The notes: generated from the letters alone by a model not told the origin. Shown: positions 40,877-52,039, numbered from the stretch's first letter. The stretch is 64,000 bases of DNA from Terriglobia bacterium (GCA_963695545.1 OY968796.1:3648001-3712000); one strand, 5' to 3'. Translations and numbers: made by a program.

Positions 40877-41108
40877 TGGCCACCTTCCATACACAGAGCC
40901 TACCAAACGCCCTACTTGTTGTCAAGGGATAATTACCAAAAACACCCGGGGGGGGAGGGGGGGATATTGCCAACTCAGGAAGTGTCAGCATTTGGTTCCA
41001 CTGTCTGGGACGCGCCGGGCCGCGCCAATTTGCGGTGCACGCGCAACTTACTGTAATATCGGCGCTTCGCGTTTGACCGTTTGGCGCGGCTGTGCGAGCA
41101 TTGCTCCG

Positions 41109-41168
41109 CACTCGTCACTCGTCACCGGCCACGCGTCGCTCGCCACTAGCCACTCGTCACTAGCCACT
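41109..41168 (+). repeat. Degenerate 7-bp tandem repeat (CACTCGT/CACTAGC, about 8.5 units)
   Basis: cactcgt cactcgt caccggc cacgcgt cgctcgc cactagc cactcgt cactagc cact; abuts the aroF RBS. Confidence 0.8.
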
Positions 41169-41184
41169 GGAGGTAGTCAACCCA

Positions 41185-42213
41185 ATGCTCGTCGTGATGC
41201 AAACCGGTGCGCCGGAACAGCAGGTCAAAGACGTTTGCGAGCGCATCCAATCGCTCGGTTTCGAAGCGCACCCCATCTTCGGCGCGTTCAAGACCGTCAT
41301 CGGCGTCACCGGCGACACGCGCCGCCTCGATATTGGCTCGCTTGAATCGCTCCCCGGAGTCGCCGAATGCATCATCATCGGCAAGCCCTACAAGCTCGTC
41401 AGCCGTGAGTTCAGCAAGCAAGACACCATCGTGCGCGTGCCCACGCCGCTGGGCGAAGTCCTGATCGGCGGCGAGGCCGTGGCCATGATCGCCGGTCCCT
41501 GCGCGATTGAAACGCGCGAGCAAGCCTTCGCCATCGCCGCGCCGCTGGCTCTCGCCGGCGTGCACCTTTTCCGCGGCGGCGCCTATAAACCGCGCACCTC
41601 GCCGTACAGTTTTCAGGGCCTCGCCGTGCCCGGCCTCGAAATTCTCACTGCGGTTCGCGATAAATTTGGAATGGGCATCGTCACCGAAGCCGTGGACAAC
41701 GAAGGCGTCGATTTCGTCGAGCAGTACGCCGACGTGATTCAGATCGGCGCGCGCAACATGCAGAATTATTCCCTGCTCAAGCGCGCCGGCCGCGCCCACA
41801 AACCCGTAATGCTCAAGCGCGGCTTGTCCGCCACGCTCGATGAACTTCTGATGGCCGCCGAATACATCGCCTCCGAAGGCAACACCCAGATCATGCTATG
41901 CGAACGCGGCGTGCGCACTTTCGCCGACCACTCGCGCAACACGCTGGATCTCGCCGTCGTCCCCGCGGCCAAAGCGCTCAGCCACCTACCCGTCATCGTG
42001 GACCCAAGCCACGGCACCGGTCAGCGCCGCAAAGTGCTTCCGCTTGCGCGCGCCGCAGTCGCCGTCGGCGCCGATGGCCTGATGATCGAAGTCCACAACG
42101 CGCCCGATCGCGCGCTCTCGGATGGCGTGCAATCGATTCTCCCCGAAGAATTCGTGCAACTCCGCGACGAGTGCGCCCAGATCGCGCACGTCCTGCATCG
42201 CACAATGAATTAG
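41185..42213 (+). CDS. aroF: 3-deoxy-7-phosphoheptulonate synthase (type I-beta, N-terminal ACT-like domain)
   Basis: [40 protein letters not shown]. Confidence 0.95.
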   Translation: MLVVMQTGAPEQQVKDVCERIQSLGFEAHPIFGAFKTVIGVTGDTRRLDIGSLESLPGVAECIIIGKPYKLVSREFSKQDTIVRVPTPLGEVLIGGEAVAMIAGPCAIETREQAFAIAAPLALAGVHLFRGGAYKPRTSPYSFQGLAVPGLEILTAVRDKFGMGIVTEAVDNEGVDFVEQYADVIQIGARNMQNYSLLKRAGRAHKPVMLKRGLSATLDELLMAAEYIASEGNTQIMLCERGVRTFADHSRNTLDLAVVPAAKALSHLPVIVDPSHGTGQRRKVLPLARAAVAVGADGLMIEVHNAPDRALSDGVQSILPEEFVQLRDECAQIAHVLHRTMN

Positions 42214-42256
42214 TTTTTTGGTTTCTCGTTCTTTGACAACTTGTGAAGCCCGCGCG

Positions 42257-43057
42257 TCACGCACGGCGCCCGGTATGCAGAGCAACGATTCCGCCCGTCC
42301 AGCGCTCGAAGCGCACCGCGTCGAACCGCGCGCGTTCCATCTGCGCCGCCAACTCTTCGGGGCTCGGGAATCGCCCCACCGATCGCGGCAAGTAAGAATA
42401 CGCCGCGGCGTTCCCCGAAATCGCTCCGCCAACCGTCGGCAGTATGCGGCGAAAATAAAAGCGATACAGCGCGCCGAATAATTTCCCTTTCGGCTCGGAA
42501 AACTCCAGGATGCCGATTTCCCCGCCCGGCCGCAACACGCGACGAATTTCTTTCAACCCCTCGTCGTAATTCGCCAGGTTGCGAAATCCAAATGCCGTCG
42601 TGACGAGATCAAACGTCGCATCGCCAAACGGCAAATGCAGCGCGTCGGCCTCGACGAACTCGATCGCGCCACGCGCGGCGCTCTCGCTCCGCGCCGCGGC
42701 CTTGCGACGCGCAATCGCCAGCATCTCCGGCGAGAAATCAGCGCCGGTGATTTGCGCCGCAGAACCTTCCCGCGCGAGCGCAAACGCCAGATCGCCCGTG
42801 CCGCAGCACAAATCGAGCACGCGCGCCTCCGGCCGAGCCAGGATCGCGGCGAAGCGACGCGCGACGCGACGCCGCCAAACGTTGTCGAGGCGCCCCGAGA
42901 GAAAATGGTTCAGGAAATCGTATCGCGGCGCGATCCCGCTGAACATCTCGCGCACGCGCCGCGAAGTTTCCTGCTCGTCGGAGGCGCCCTCGAAGCGCGT
43001 GCCACTCAGTGGGGCTTCGGTATCTGGAGTTCGGTCGGGCATGATGAGCGCGGACAA
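42257..43057 (-). CDS. ubiE: UbiE/MenG quinone biosynthesis methyltransferase
   Basis: MFSGIAPRYDFLNH, LDLCCGTGD, FGFRN, ILEFS, AYSYLP.S. Confidence 0.9.
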   Translation of the reverse strand: MSALIMPDRTPDTEAPLSGTRFEGASDEQETSRRVREMFSGIAPRYDFLNHFLSGRLDNVWRRRVARRFAAILARPEARVLDLCCGTGDLAFALAREGSAAQITGADFSPEMLAIARRKAAARSESAARGAIEFVEADALHLPFGDATFDLVTTAFGFRNLANYDEGLKEIRRVLRPGGEIGILEFSEPKGKLFGALYRFYFRRILPTVGGAISGNAAAYSYLPRSVGRFPSPEELAAQMERARFDAVRFERWTGGIVALHTGRRA

Positions 43058-44152
43058 TTACCGAATGGGGTGCGCTTCGAGTGTCGACAAGATGCGTCGG
43101 ACCGCTTTCTCCGAAATGTCGTCGAAGGTTTTCGCGTGACCTATTCTCGTCGGCAAAACGAAACGCAAACGCCCGTCGCGCGATTTCTTGTCCGCGCGCA
43201 TTGTCTCGATCAGGCGGTCCGCCGTCACTTTGGGCCAAGGAGGCAAGAGGCCGAGTCTCGCGATCAAATGCGCGATGCGTTCAGAATCGCGCGATGGCAA
43301 AATGCCATATCCCGCCGCGAGCCAAATGGCGCATTGCATGCCCCAGCCGACGGCTTCGCCGTGGCGGAATCGCCGGTAGCGCGTGACGGTTTCGAGCGCA
43401 TGCCCGAACGTATGGCCAAAATTCAAAATCTCGCGCAGACCGGAATCTTTTTCGTCGCGCGCAACCACGCGCGCCTTCAGCGCCGCGCTGCGGCACAAAA
43501 CATATTCGAGCGCCGGCGGTTTGCGCGAGAGTACGGCAGCGAGATTTCGCTCGAGGTAACGGAACAATTCGGCATCGCCGATCACGCCGCACTTCACGAT
43601 CTCGTACAGGCCCGAGCGATACTCGCGCCGCGGCAAACTGCGCAGCAAATCGATGTCCGCGAGCACCAGTCGCGGCGGATAAAACGCTCCGACTTGGTTC
43701 TTCCCTTCCGGCAAATTCACGCCGGTTTTTCCGCCGATCGAACTATCGGCCATGGCCACAACCGTCGTCGGAATGTGCACCACACTGACGCCGCGCAAAT
43801 AACTTGCGGCCACGAAGCCGGCGACGTCGCCCACGACACCTCCGCCGACGGCCACGAGCAGCGCGCGCCGGTCGGCGCCGGCGCGCACGAGCGCGCGGCA
43901 CAACTTCTCCACGGTCGCGAGATTTTTCTTCGCCTCGCTGTCGTCAAAGAGAATTGGATTCTTCGCAGCCGCGCCAAGCGCTTTCGTGAGCGCGGCGCGC
44001 GCGTGCTTCCAAACGCGCGGCGAGCTCAACACAAAGATTGGCGCGGACGGACCTGCGATGCGGCGCAATTCCCGGCGCGCTTGGCGCAGAGCCCCGCGCC
44101 CTAGCACGTAGCGATACGAACCTGTCGACGATTTAATCAGGATGCTTCGCAT
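43058..44152 (-). CDS. aroB: 3-dehydroquinate synthase
   Basis: GGGVVGD.AGF, PTT...DSSIGGKTG, LNFGHTFGHALE, HGEAV. Confidence 0.96.
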   Translation of the reverse strand: MRSILIKSSTGSYRYVLGRGALRQARRELRRIAGPSAPIFVLSSPRVWKHARAALTKALGAAAKNPILFDDSEAKKNLATVEKLCRALVRAGADRRALLVAVGGGVVGDVAGFVAASYLRGVSVVHIPTTVVAMADSSIGGKTGVNLPEGKNQVGAFYPPRLVLADIDLLRSLPRREYRSGLYEIVKCGVIGDAELFRYLERNLAAVLSRKPPALEYVLCRSAALKARVVARDEKDSGLREILNFGHTFGHALETVTRYRRFRHGEAVGWGMQCAIWLAAGYGILPSRDSERIAHLIARLGLLPPWPKVTADRLIETMRADKKSRDGRLRFVLPTRIGHAKTFDDISEKAVRRILSTLEAHPIR

Positions 44153-44157
44153 GATCG

Positions 44158-45132
44158 TTACTGAAACTTTTGCTCGAGCGCGAAAAACGATTCGAGAAAA
44201 ACATGGCCGGTAATTCCGAGACTCCGCGGATCGATTTTATCAAGCGTGTCGTTCACCGTGTGCCAGATCGGCGACGCGCCCTCGAAGTCGATCACATCGC
44301 ACGCGGCCGCGCCGCGTTTGAGAAAAGGATCGTGGTCGTCGGTGATCTCCAACTTTTCGTTGACGAACACGTTGCCGTAGCCGAGTCGCGCCGCGGTGCT
44401 CCAAACCAAATCCGTGAGCCACGGCGTGGAATCGGATTCGCGTTTGATTTGCAAATTGTAGATTCCGATCATGTCCGCCAGCACCATGGCTTTGAGATGC
44501 GCAAGATCGCCCGAGTTGGCCATCTCGGCGGCGAGTTCGCGGCTGCCGTAAGTGTTGTCGGGATCCGCCCAATCCCAATTGAACGCCTCTTCGCCGTCGA
44601 AAAAAGCGATCCACAAAGTGAGCTGATTCTTGCGAGCGCAGAGCAACCGCGCGAGCTCCAGCATCACCGCCGTGCTCGAAGCGCCATCGTCGGCGCCAAC
44701 GAAATTCGCCAGCGTCTTTGTGTCGTAGTGCGAGGCGAACATCACGATGTTAGGGCTGGCACCGGGGATTTTCACCACGATATCTTTCATGGCCACGTCG
44801 CCGATCGGTGTCTGCGCGTGAAAGTCGTCTTCCTCGACCGGGCAGCCGTAACTTTTGAGCTGCGCGATGATGTACTGCTGCTGGCGATGATTCGCGTCGC
44901 TGCCGGCGGGGCGCGGACCGAAGGCGACGAGCTTCGCGACTTGATCGTAAGCGTAGGCGGCGTCAAAACCATCGAGTTGCGCCGGCGGAGGCGCTTGCGG
45001 CGGCGCGGCTGCTTGCTGATTCGCCGAAGACACGGTGCCGGAGGCCGCTTGGCCTCCGCCGCACGCGGCGAGCGTTACGCCGAGCGTTACGCCGAGGGCC
45101 GCTAATGCCAGCCACATCGCCGCGCGGCGCAT
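44158..45132 (-). CDS. M28-family peptidase / glutaminyl-cyclase-like lipoprotein
   Basis: LAAC lipobox; HYDTK, GADDGAS, FDGEE, DMIG, DDH, WHT..D; TAATG overlap with the tatC stop. Confidence 0.88.
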   Translation of the reverse strand: MRRAAMWLALAALGVTLGVTLAACGGGQAASGTVSSANQQAAAPPQAPPPAQLDGFDAAYAYDQVAKLVAFGPRPAGSDANHRQQQYIIAQLKSYGCPVEEDDFHAQTPIGDVAMKDIVVKIPGASPNIVMFASHYDTKTLANFVGADDGASSTAVMLELARLLCARKNQLTLWIAFFDGEEAFNWDWADPDNTYGSRELAAEMANSGDLAHLKAMVLADMIGIYNLQIKRESDSTPWLTDLVWSTAARLGYGNVFVNEKLEITDDHDPFLKRGAAACDVIDFEGASPIWHTVNDTLDKIDPRSLGITGHVFLESFFALEQKFQ

Positions 45133-45953
45133 TAGCTCGCTCCCTGATCGGCGATGGATTTCGCGCGGCGCTTTTTCCGCACCACCATCGCGGCGACCGC
45201 GATGCCGAGGACGTAGAGAAGAAACATGGGAGCCATGAAAACCAGCATCGTGGTGGCATCCGGCGTCGGTGTGATCACGGCGGCCAGAATGGTGATGATC
45301 AGAACCGCGTAGCGAAAATTCTTCCACAGAAAAGCCGGCGTGACGATATTGAACAGGGCCAGAAAATAAATCACCACGGGCATTTCAAAAACCAGGCCGA
45401 GCCCGAGCAACACGACCAAGATCAAGCTGAAATATTCGTCGATCGAAATCAGCGGCTGAATAGGCCCTTGCGATCCGAGGCCGATCAGGAATTTCAGCAT
45501 ATACGGCAACATCACGAAATAACCGAAAGCGAGTCCGCACATGAACAGAGCAAAGGACGAAAAAAGGAACTTCACGATGGCGCTGCGCTCATGCTTATAG
45601 AGCCCCGGCGCGACAAAAAGCCAGATTTCATACAAGACCCAAGGCGACGCGATGACCAGGCCGATATAAACGCCGAGCGTGATGATCAAACTGATGTAGC
45701 CCGTGGGGCTGGTGTAAATCAGATGGTCTTCGAGATGCGCGCTGCGCAAAGCCTGCAGCATCGGACGGATAATGAATCCAATAACGTATTTCGAGACGGA
45801 GAGACCGATGACCATTCCAATCGCAATGCCGAACATCGCGTGAATGATTCGCGTGCGGAGATCGTACAGATGCTCGAGGAACGACATGCGGCCGCCGGGC
45901 TCTTCGAGAAAAGCGAAGCGAGACTTTTTTTCAGGCGTGGGAGTGTCCGTCAC
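45132..45953 (-). CDS. tatC: Twin-arginine translocase subunit C
   Basis: MSFLEHL.DLR.R, FVAPGLY.HE, FEMP, ITPTPD. Confidence 0.96.
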   Translation of the reverse strand: MTDTPTPEKKSRFAFLEEPGGRMSFLEHLYDLRTRIIHAMFGIAIGMVIGLSVSKYVIGFIIRPMLQALRSAHLEDHLIYTSPTGYISLIITLGVYIGLVIASPWVLYEIWLFVAPGLYKHERSAIVKFLFSSFALFMCGLAFGYFVMLPYMLKFLIGLGSQGPIQPLISIDEYFSLILVVLLGLGLVFEMPVVIYFLALFNIVTPAFLWKNFRYAVLIITILAAVITPTPDATTMLVFMAPMFLLYVLGIAVAAMVVRKKRRAKSIADQGAS

Positions 45954-45969
45954 TGTGCGCTGAGGACCA

Positions 45970-46518
45970 TCACTTCTCTGTCATGGCTCGATCGGAGGGC
46001 GTCTCGTGCGCGTCCGCTCCGGAAATTGGCGCGTGCTCGTCGGCGGGCGAAGGTGGCGCCTCGGGATTCGCATGCCGCGCATCCGGATCAGGAATAATCG
46101 GCGGCGACGCCGGCGCTGATTCGGGCGCGGACTCCGACGCCGTTTCCGGCGTCGGCGCCGGCGCGACGGTGTTCTCGCGATCTTCGGGCTCGGCGATCAT
46201 CGGCGCCTGTTCCGCTGCGGGCGAATCGGCGCTTGCGGCCGCGGGCAGTTCGGGCGCGGCGCTCGTAGCCGCTGGCAGAGCGGGTATGGCGGCCCTCGCG
46301 GCGGCGTCAGCCGCCTCTTTCGACAAGCGCTCTTTCTCGCGCAGGTGGCGGTCAATTTCGCGCATTTCGTCTTCGAGCGTGGTGCGAAAATCCGTGGAGA
46401 CTTTGCGGAAATCGGCCATAACTTTGCCGAGTACACGCGCAACTTCAGGCAGCTTTTCGGGTCCCAAGACCACGAGGGCTACAAGAAAAATGATGATCAG
46501 ATGAGGAACGCTAAGCAT
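45970..46518 (-). CDS. tatB: Twin-arginine translocase subunit B (TatA/B family)
   Basis: IIFLVALVVLGPEKLPEVAR; long disordered tail; upstream of tatC. Confidence 0.85.
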   Translation of the reverse strand: MLSVPHLIIIFLVALVVLGPEKLPEVARVLGKVMADFRKVSTDFRTTLEDEMREIDRHLREKERLSKEAADAAARAAIPALPAATSAAPELPAAASADSPAAEQAPMIAEPEDRENTVAPAPTPETASESAPESAPASPPIIPDPDARHANPEAPPSPADEHAPISGADAHETPSDRAMTEK

Positions 46519-46659
46519 GACGCGGGTCCACGAGGGCGAGAGATGCGCCGCCGCGGTTCTCCGTGTGAATCATAGAAGAGGGTACGAGGCGAGTCAATTC
46601 CGCGCGACGCCGCGCGCTCCGCACATTGCGATTCGCGCACCGCGCTCGATCGGGGCGCG

Positions 46660-46688
46660 TTGACGGGTGGATAGGCTTCCGGTACGAT
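46660..46688 (+). promoter_or_regulatory. Sigma70 promoter of the tRNA pair
   Basis: TTGACG-17 bp-TACGAT, 7 nt before tRNA-Val. Confidence 0.75.
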
Positions 46689-46695
46689 CAGCTTG

Positions 46696-46771
46696 GGGCG
46701 GTTAGCTCAGCGGTTAGAGCGTCCGGTTTACACCCGGAAGGTCGAGTGTTCAAATCACTCACTGCCCACCA
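46696..46771 (+). tRNA. tRNA-Val(TAC)
   Basis: GGGCGGT/ACTGCCC acceptor stem, anticodon arm TCCGG-TTTACAC-CCGGA, TTCAAAT loop, encoded CCA. Confidence 0.95.
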
Positions 46772-46795
46772 CTAGCAGCCGTCATCACAAAATGC

Positions 46796-46872
46796 GGGGC
46801 CGTAGTTCAGCCGGTTAGAACGCCTGCCTGTCACGCAGGAGGTCGCGAGTTCGAGCCTCGTCGGCCCCGCCA
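46796..46872 (+). tRNA. tRNA-Asp(GTC)
   Basis: GGGGCCG/CGGCCCC acceptor stem, CCTGC-CTGTCAC-GCAGG anticodon arm, TTCGAG, CCA. Confidence 0.96.
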
Positions 46873-47309
46873 AATACTTTTTCGCTTTCAATTCCGCGTT
46901 TATGAGGCCGCCTGCGCCCGGCCGACATGAAGGCTTGGGCACGAGGTGCTTTTCAAGCGGCGATCATCGTTCTGGCAGCCTCCACTCAATGCTAGCCCCA
47001 CGCGTGCTACCGCGTGCGCAAGCCAAAATCCCGATCTGATGTCTCTTAAGGTTCAGTTTCCAAGAGATTCCCGCCCCAGCTGTCCTTAGAGAGTAAGTTT
47101 GGATCATAAGCCCCGATTTGCAGAAGGGGCCGGCCCCGAGAACAGCCTGGAAACGCTGTCTCGCCGACATTAGTTACCCCGCACTCGCTCGGCGAACGAA
47201 TTCGCAACCAAGACAGTTCGGTTCTGAGTGCCGACTCGATTTGGATTGCGCACGTCTGGTCATAGAGATCGTCGTTGGCAAGACTTGCGTTGCCAGGATT
47301 TACTGAGGA

Positions 47310-50300
47310 GTGGTTATGCTCGTTTCCGAAGTACCGATGGTCAGTTCTTACGACTATCGGCTCGTGGTTCTATCGGTATTTATAGCGATGCTGGCGTCGT
47401 ACGCGGCGCTCGATTTGTCTGGCCGGGTTGCCTCGGCGCGCGGCCGGGCGCGGTTGCTGTGGCTGAGCGGCGGGGCCACCGCGATGGGAATCGGAATCTG
47501 GTCGATGCATTACATCGGGATGCTGGCCTTCCGCTTGCCGGTTCCGGTGCAATACGACTGGCCGACCGTGTTGCTATCGCTTCTGGCGGCTGTGCTCGCG
47601 TCTGCAGTGGCGCTGTTTGTCGTCAGCCGCGCCAAGATGGGACTTCTTCATGCCGCCGTCGGAAGTATCTTTATGGGCGGGGGCATCGCGGCCATGCACT
47701 ATATCGGAATGGCGGCGATGCGCGCTCCCGCGCTGTGCCACTATTCTCCTCCGATCGTTAATTTATCGGTCGTGCTTGCGATCGTGATTTCTTTCGTGGC
47801 TTTGTGGCTGACGTTTTACTTTAGAGGCGTCAGATCGCCGGGGGTCGGGCTGAAAATTGTCTGCGCGATGATCATGGGCGCGGCGATCCCGGTGATGCAC
47901 TACACGGGCATGGCCGCCGCCAGCTTTACGCCCGCGGTGCTGAGCCGCCAGGAGCTATTGCACTCCGTAAGTGTCTCTATACTCGGCGCGGCCGGAATCA
48001 GTGTCGTGACCTTCAACGTTCTCGGACTGGTGTTCCTGACGTCACTGGCCGACCGACGTTTTTCCGCACAGACAATGGAGCTTCGCTCGAACGAGGAACG
48101 CTACCGCCAGATTGTGGGAACCGCGCTTGATTCATTTATTGAATCAGATCCGGAAGGCATCGTCACGGACTGGAACGCGCAAGCAGAGGCCACGTTCGGA
48201 TGGTCACACGCTGAAGCCGTCGGGCAAAGCCTTTACGAGACCATTGTGCCGAGCCGCCATCACGCCGAGCGCAAGCAGATTGTTGCGGAATTGCTTGCCT
48301 CGGGAGAAGGCTCAGGGATGAGAAAGCGTGTCGAGACCACAAGATTGAGCAGAAACGGACGCGAATTTCCGATAGAACTCAGTATGTCTGTGATCCGCGC
48401 GGGCGAGGTACTCCGCTTCGGCGCATTTCTGCGCGACATCACCGAACGCAAGCGAGCGGAGGAGGCCCTCTCTGACGAGCGCAGGCTATTGCGCATATTG
48501 ATCGATAACATGCCGGACTACATTTACGTGAAGGACGCCGAGAGCCGGTTCGTGGTGGTGAACCGAGCGGTCGCCAAACTCGTGGGAGCGAAGAGCCCCG
48601 AGGACCTGCTCGGAAAAACCGATTTCGACTATTTTCCGAAAGAAATCGCGACAGCCTTCTATTCCGATGAGCAAGCCATCCTGAAATCCGGGGAGCCATT
48701 GCTGAATCGGGAGGAAGAGTCGGTGGACGCCGCAGGAAACGCAAAGTGGAACTCGACATCGAAGGTTCCCTGGCGCGACAAGCTGGGCCACTTGATCGGA
48801 ATCATGGGGATTGGGCGGGACATTACCTGGAGCAAGGCTTCTGAAGAAGCGTTGAAACACGCGAAGGAGGCTGCAGAGGCGGGGAGCCGGGCGAAAAGCG
48901 AGTTTCTAGCGAACATGAGCCATGAGATCCGCACTCCGCTTAACGGCGTTATCGGGATGACCGATCTGGCGCTGGAAACCAACCTTACGCCGGAACAACG
49001 AGAATATTTGGAGACCGTGAAACTCTCGGCGGATTCCCTGCTCACGGTAATCAACGACATTCTGGACTTCTCCAAAATCGAGGCGGGAAAAGTAGATTTG
49101 GAGCTGGAGGATTTCAACCTGCGCGACAGCCTGGAAGCAACGCTGAAGACACTCGCACTGAGGGCGGACGAGAAGGGACTGGAACTTCTGTGTGAAATCG
49201 CGCCCTTAGTTCCCGAGATCGTGCGGGGCGATTCCAACCGCTTGCGCCAGGTGGTGATTAACCTTCTGGGGAACGCCATCAAATTCACAGATCGGGGTGA
49301 GGTGGCGCTGAATGTGCAAGTCGAGGCCGAGGACGGTGACGACCGAATTCTGCACTTTGCGGTAACGGACTCGGGAATTGGAATTCACCCGGAGAAACAG
49401 AAAGTGATCTTTCAGCCTTTTGCCCAGGCGGATAACTCAACGACGCGAAAATACGGCGGAACCGGGCTGGGATTAACCATCTCGCGGAGGCTGGTGGGGT
49501 TGATGGACGGGAAAATGTGGGTGGAAAGCGAGCTCGGCCGAGGAACCAAATTTCATTTCACCGCGCGGCTTAAAACGTCGCAGAAACCGATTGAAGTCGG
49601 AACGATCGCCCCGCCGGAGACCTTGCGCGACGTCAGAGTGCTGATTGTCGACGACAATCAAACGAACCGGAGAATTCTTGAGGGAATGCTGAAACGCTGG
49701 GACATGAAATCGACGTCCGTGGAAAGCGGGGAGCAAGCGTTGACGCAACTTGTTTCAGGCCACGACCGAGGAGAGGCGTACGCGCTGATCCTGACGGACA
49801 TGCACATGCCGCAGATGGACGGCTTCGCGCTGATCGAACAAATAAGGCAAAGGTCGGAGCTATCCGCGGCGGTGATCGTGATGCTCACGTCGGCGGGCCA
49901 TCGAGGGGACGGAGCGCGCTGTCAGGAGCTGGGCGTTGCGGCGTATCTCTTGAAACCCATCCGGCAATCCGAGTTACGGCAGGCAATTGCCCAAGTGCTT
50001 GGCGCGCGATCGCAACACGGCGCAATCCCCTTGGTCACGCGATACTCCTTGCAGGATGCCCGAGACCCCGCGAGCTACTTGCGTGTGCTGGTGGCGGAGG
50101 ACAATCACGTTAACCAACTACTCGCAACTCGATTGCTCGAGAAGAGAGGGCACCGCGTGGTGATGACCGCCAACGGCCGCGAGGCGCTTGAAGCGCTCGC
50201 GAAAAACAGTTACGACCTCGTCTTGATGGATGTGCAGATGCCGGAAATGGACGGAATTCAGGCGACTACTGCGATCCGCGAAAAAGAGAAGGAGAAAGGC

Positions 50301-50498
50301 GACGGGATCCGCCAGCCGGTGATCGCAGTGACTGCGCACGTGATGAAAGGCGATCAAGAGCGCTGCCAGGCCGCAGGGATGGACGGCTATCTATCGAAGC
50401 CGATCAGACCACAACAGCTTGACGAGATTTTGGAGAAGTACATGGCTCTACGTCGAGAATCGACGAGTACCGCGGAAACAGTTGAGTCGCGTCAATGA
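47310..50498 (+). CDS. Hybrid histidine kinase: MHYT-PAS-PAS-HisKA-HATPase-REC-REC
   Basis: MHYIGM twice and MHYTGM; two PAS domains; [19 protein letters not shown]; two receiver domains. Confidence 0.95.
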   Translation: MVMLVSEVPMVSSYDYRLVVLSVFIAMLASYAALDLSGRVASARGRARLLWLSGGATAMGIGIWSMHYIGMLAFRLPVPVQYDWPTVLLSLLAAVLASAVALFVVSRAKMGLLHAAVGSIFMGGGIAAMHYIGMAAMRAPALCHYSPPIVNLSVVLAIVISFVALWLTFYFRGVRSPGVGLKIVCAMIMGAAIPVMHYTGMAAASFTPAVLSRQELLHSVSVSILGAAGISVVTFNVLGLVFLTSLADRRFSAQTMELRSNEERYRQIVGTALDSFIESDPEGIVTDWNAQAEATFGWSHAEAVGQSLYETIVPSRHHAERKQIVAELLASGEGSGMRKRVETTRLSRNGREFPIELSMSVIRAGEVLRFGAFLRDITERKRAEEALSDERRLLRILIDNMPDYIYVKDAESRFVVVNRAVAKLVGAKSPEDLLGKTDFDYFPKEIATAFYSDEQAILKSGEPLLNREEESVDAAGNAKWNSTSKVPWRDKLGHLIGIMGIGRDITWSKASEEALKHAKEAAEAGSRAKSEFLANMSHEIRTPLNGVIGMTDLALETNLTPEQREYLETVKLSADSLLTVINDILDFSKIEAGKVDLELEDFNLRDSLEATLKTLALRADEKGLELLCEIAPLVPEIVRGDSNRLRQVVINLLGNAIKFTDRGEVALNVQVEAEDGDDRILHFAVTDSGIGIHPEKQKVIFQPFAQADNSTTRKYGGTGLGLTISRRLVGLMDGKMWVESELGRGTKFHFTARLKTSQKPIEVGTIAPPETLRDVRVLIVDDNQTNRRILEGMLKRWDMKSTSVESGEQALTQLVSGHDRGEAYALILTDMHMPQMDGFALIEQIRQRSELSAAVIVMLTSAGHRGDGARCQELGVAAYLLKPIRQSELRQAIAQVLGARSQHGAIPLVTRYSLQDARDPASYLRVLVAEDNHVNQLLATRLLEKRGHRVVMTANGREALEALAKNSYDLVLMDVQMPEMDGIQATTAIREKEKEKGDGIRQPVIAVTAHVMKGDQERCQAAGMDGYLSKPIRPQQLDEILEKYMALRRESTSTAETVESRQ

Positions 50499-50598
50499 GC
50501 AAGAGCAAGTCGACTAAACGGCTACAGCGCGAAATGTCTTGCAGATACTGCGGAGGCAGGCTGAGGCGCGATATGGCGGGAGATCCTGAGGCGCGGCG

Positions 50599-50973
50599 AT
50601 GACCGAACAAAACAATCGCGCTTCCCAGATTGCCGTGAATCTGCCGGAGCTTCTGATACGGGTTGACAACGACCGCGATTTGTTGCGGGAGTTGATTGAA
50701 ATATTCAAGGAGGAATTCCCGCGACTGTTGAAAGAGCTGAAGGATCAGGCGGCTGGCGGGGATATGAAATCGGTGGAGAACACGTGCCACGGATTGAAGG
50801 GCATGCTTTCCGGACTTTCCGCGGTGCGCGCGGCCGAAGTCGCGGCGCGTCTCGAGCAGATGGGGCGCGATGGAGATTCGACAGGACTGAACGATGAAGT
50901 GGCGCGGTTTGAGCGCGAGGTCGAGCGCGTGCTGCCGGAGTTGGACGCTTCCATCGCGAAGGCGGAGTCGTGA
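50599..50973 (+). CDS. Hpt phosphotransfer protein
   Basis: HGLKG motif in a helical bundle. Confidence 0.88.
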   Translation: MTEQNNRASQIAVNLPELLIRVDNDRDLLRELIEIFKEEFPRLLKELKDQAAGGDMKSVENTCHGLKGMLSGLSAVRAAEVAARLEQMGRDGDSTGLNDEVARFEREVERVLPELDASIAKAES

Positions 50974-51917
50974 AAATTCTTATCGCGGACGATGACAAGA
51001 TCTCCCGGCGGCTGCTCGAGAAAACGCTGGAGCGCGAGGGATATGAAGTGATCGCGGTCGACAACGGGCGGCTGGCGTTGCAGCAATTGTCGCTGCAGGA
51101 CGGGCCGCGGCTGGCGTTGCTCGACTGGATGATGCCGGAAATGGACGGGCCGGGCGTTTGCCTGGAAATTCGCAAGCAGCACGAACGGCCTTATGTGCAT
51201 ATCGTGCTGGTGACTTCGAGAGGGTCGAAGCAGGACGTGGTGGCCGGACTTGAATCGGGCGCCGACGATTACCTGACGAAGCCGTGGGATCCCGCGGAGC
51301 TGACGGCGCGGTTGCGAGTGGGGCAACGCATTCTGCAATTGGAGGACAGGCTCGTCGAGGCGCGCGAGACCATGCGCTTCAAGGCGACACACGATCATCT
51401 AACGTCGCTGTTCAATCGCGGTGTGATCGTGGATCTGCTGGCGCGCGAGTTGACGCGCACCCGACGCGAGAAAGGCTGCACGATCGTGATGCTGGCCGAC
51501 CTTGACCATTTCAAGGAAGTGAACGACGCGCACGGGCACGTGGTGGGAGATGAGGTGCTGCGGGAAGTCGCGCGGCGACTGTTGGGCTCGGTGCGCTCCT
51601 ATGATTTTGTGGGGCGCTATGGCGGAGAAGAATTCCTGATTGTGCTCAACAATTGCGCGGCCAGCCAGGGACTCGTGCGCGCTGAAGAGGTACGGAGTGG
51701 AATCGTGGACCATCCCGTGCAGACGACGCGCGGTCCGCTTCCCATCACAATAAGCTTGGGAGTTCTCGCCAGCGGAGACCGGGATTTCCAGCTGGTCGAA
51801 GAGGTTTTGAGCGAAGCGGACGCGGCGCTCTATCAGGCGAAAACGGACGGGCGCAACTGTGTGAGACTCGCAAGGCCGACATCTTTCTGTCCCCCTCCGC
51901 GACAACTGGTTAAATAG
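50970..51917 (+). CDS. Response-regulator diguanylate cyclase (REC-GGDEF)
   Basis: REC (LDWMMP); D.LT.L.NR, DLDHFK.VND..GH..GD; I-site RSYD; GGEEF. Confidence 0.95.
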   Translation: MKILIADDDKISRRLLEKTLEREGYEVIAVDNGRLALQQLSLQDGPRLALLDWMMPEMDGPGVCLEIRKQHERPYVHIVLVTSRGSKQDVVAGLESGADDYLTKPWDPAELTARLRVGQRILQLEDRLVEARETMRFKATHDHLTSLFNRGVIVDLLARELTRTRREKGCTIVMLADLDHFKEVNDAHGHVVGDEVLREVARRLLGSVRSYDFVGRYGGEEFLIVLNNCAASQGLVRAEEVRSGIVDHPVQTTRGPLPITISLGVLASGDRDFQLVEEVLSEADAALYQAKTDGRNCVRLARPTSFCPPPRQLVK

Positions 51918-52039
51918 CTTCGCAGGATTGCCGAAATATTTTTTAAAGCCAGCTTCATCGGGTCTGCACAATCTCGCAATAAATTAGGAGAACCGAAATT
52001 CGTCTCGTGCGGAAGTTCGCACAGCGGCGCGCGGCGGCG

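Larger units (their letters stand above)
38321..40937 (-). mobile_element. IS1595-family element with passenger genes, 2617 bp
   Basis: Terminal IRs GGTAATTATCCCTTGnnAACAAG (21/23 match); 8-bp direct repeat AAAAACAC at 38313-38320 and 40938-40945; intact transposase; visibly lower GC than the flanks. Confidence 0.95.

Noticed and set aside
46900..47300. c-di-GMP or other riboswitch upstream of the MHYT kinase (also 15420-15710 and 59350-59990)
   Set aside because: No recognisable conserved riboswitch core by eye; an Rfam cmsearch would be needed to exclude one.
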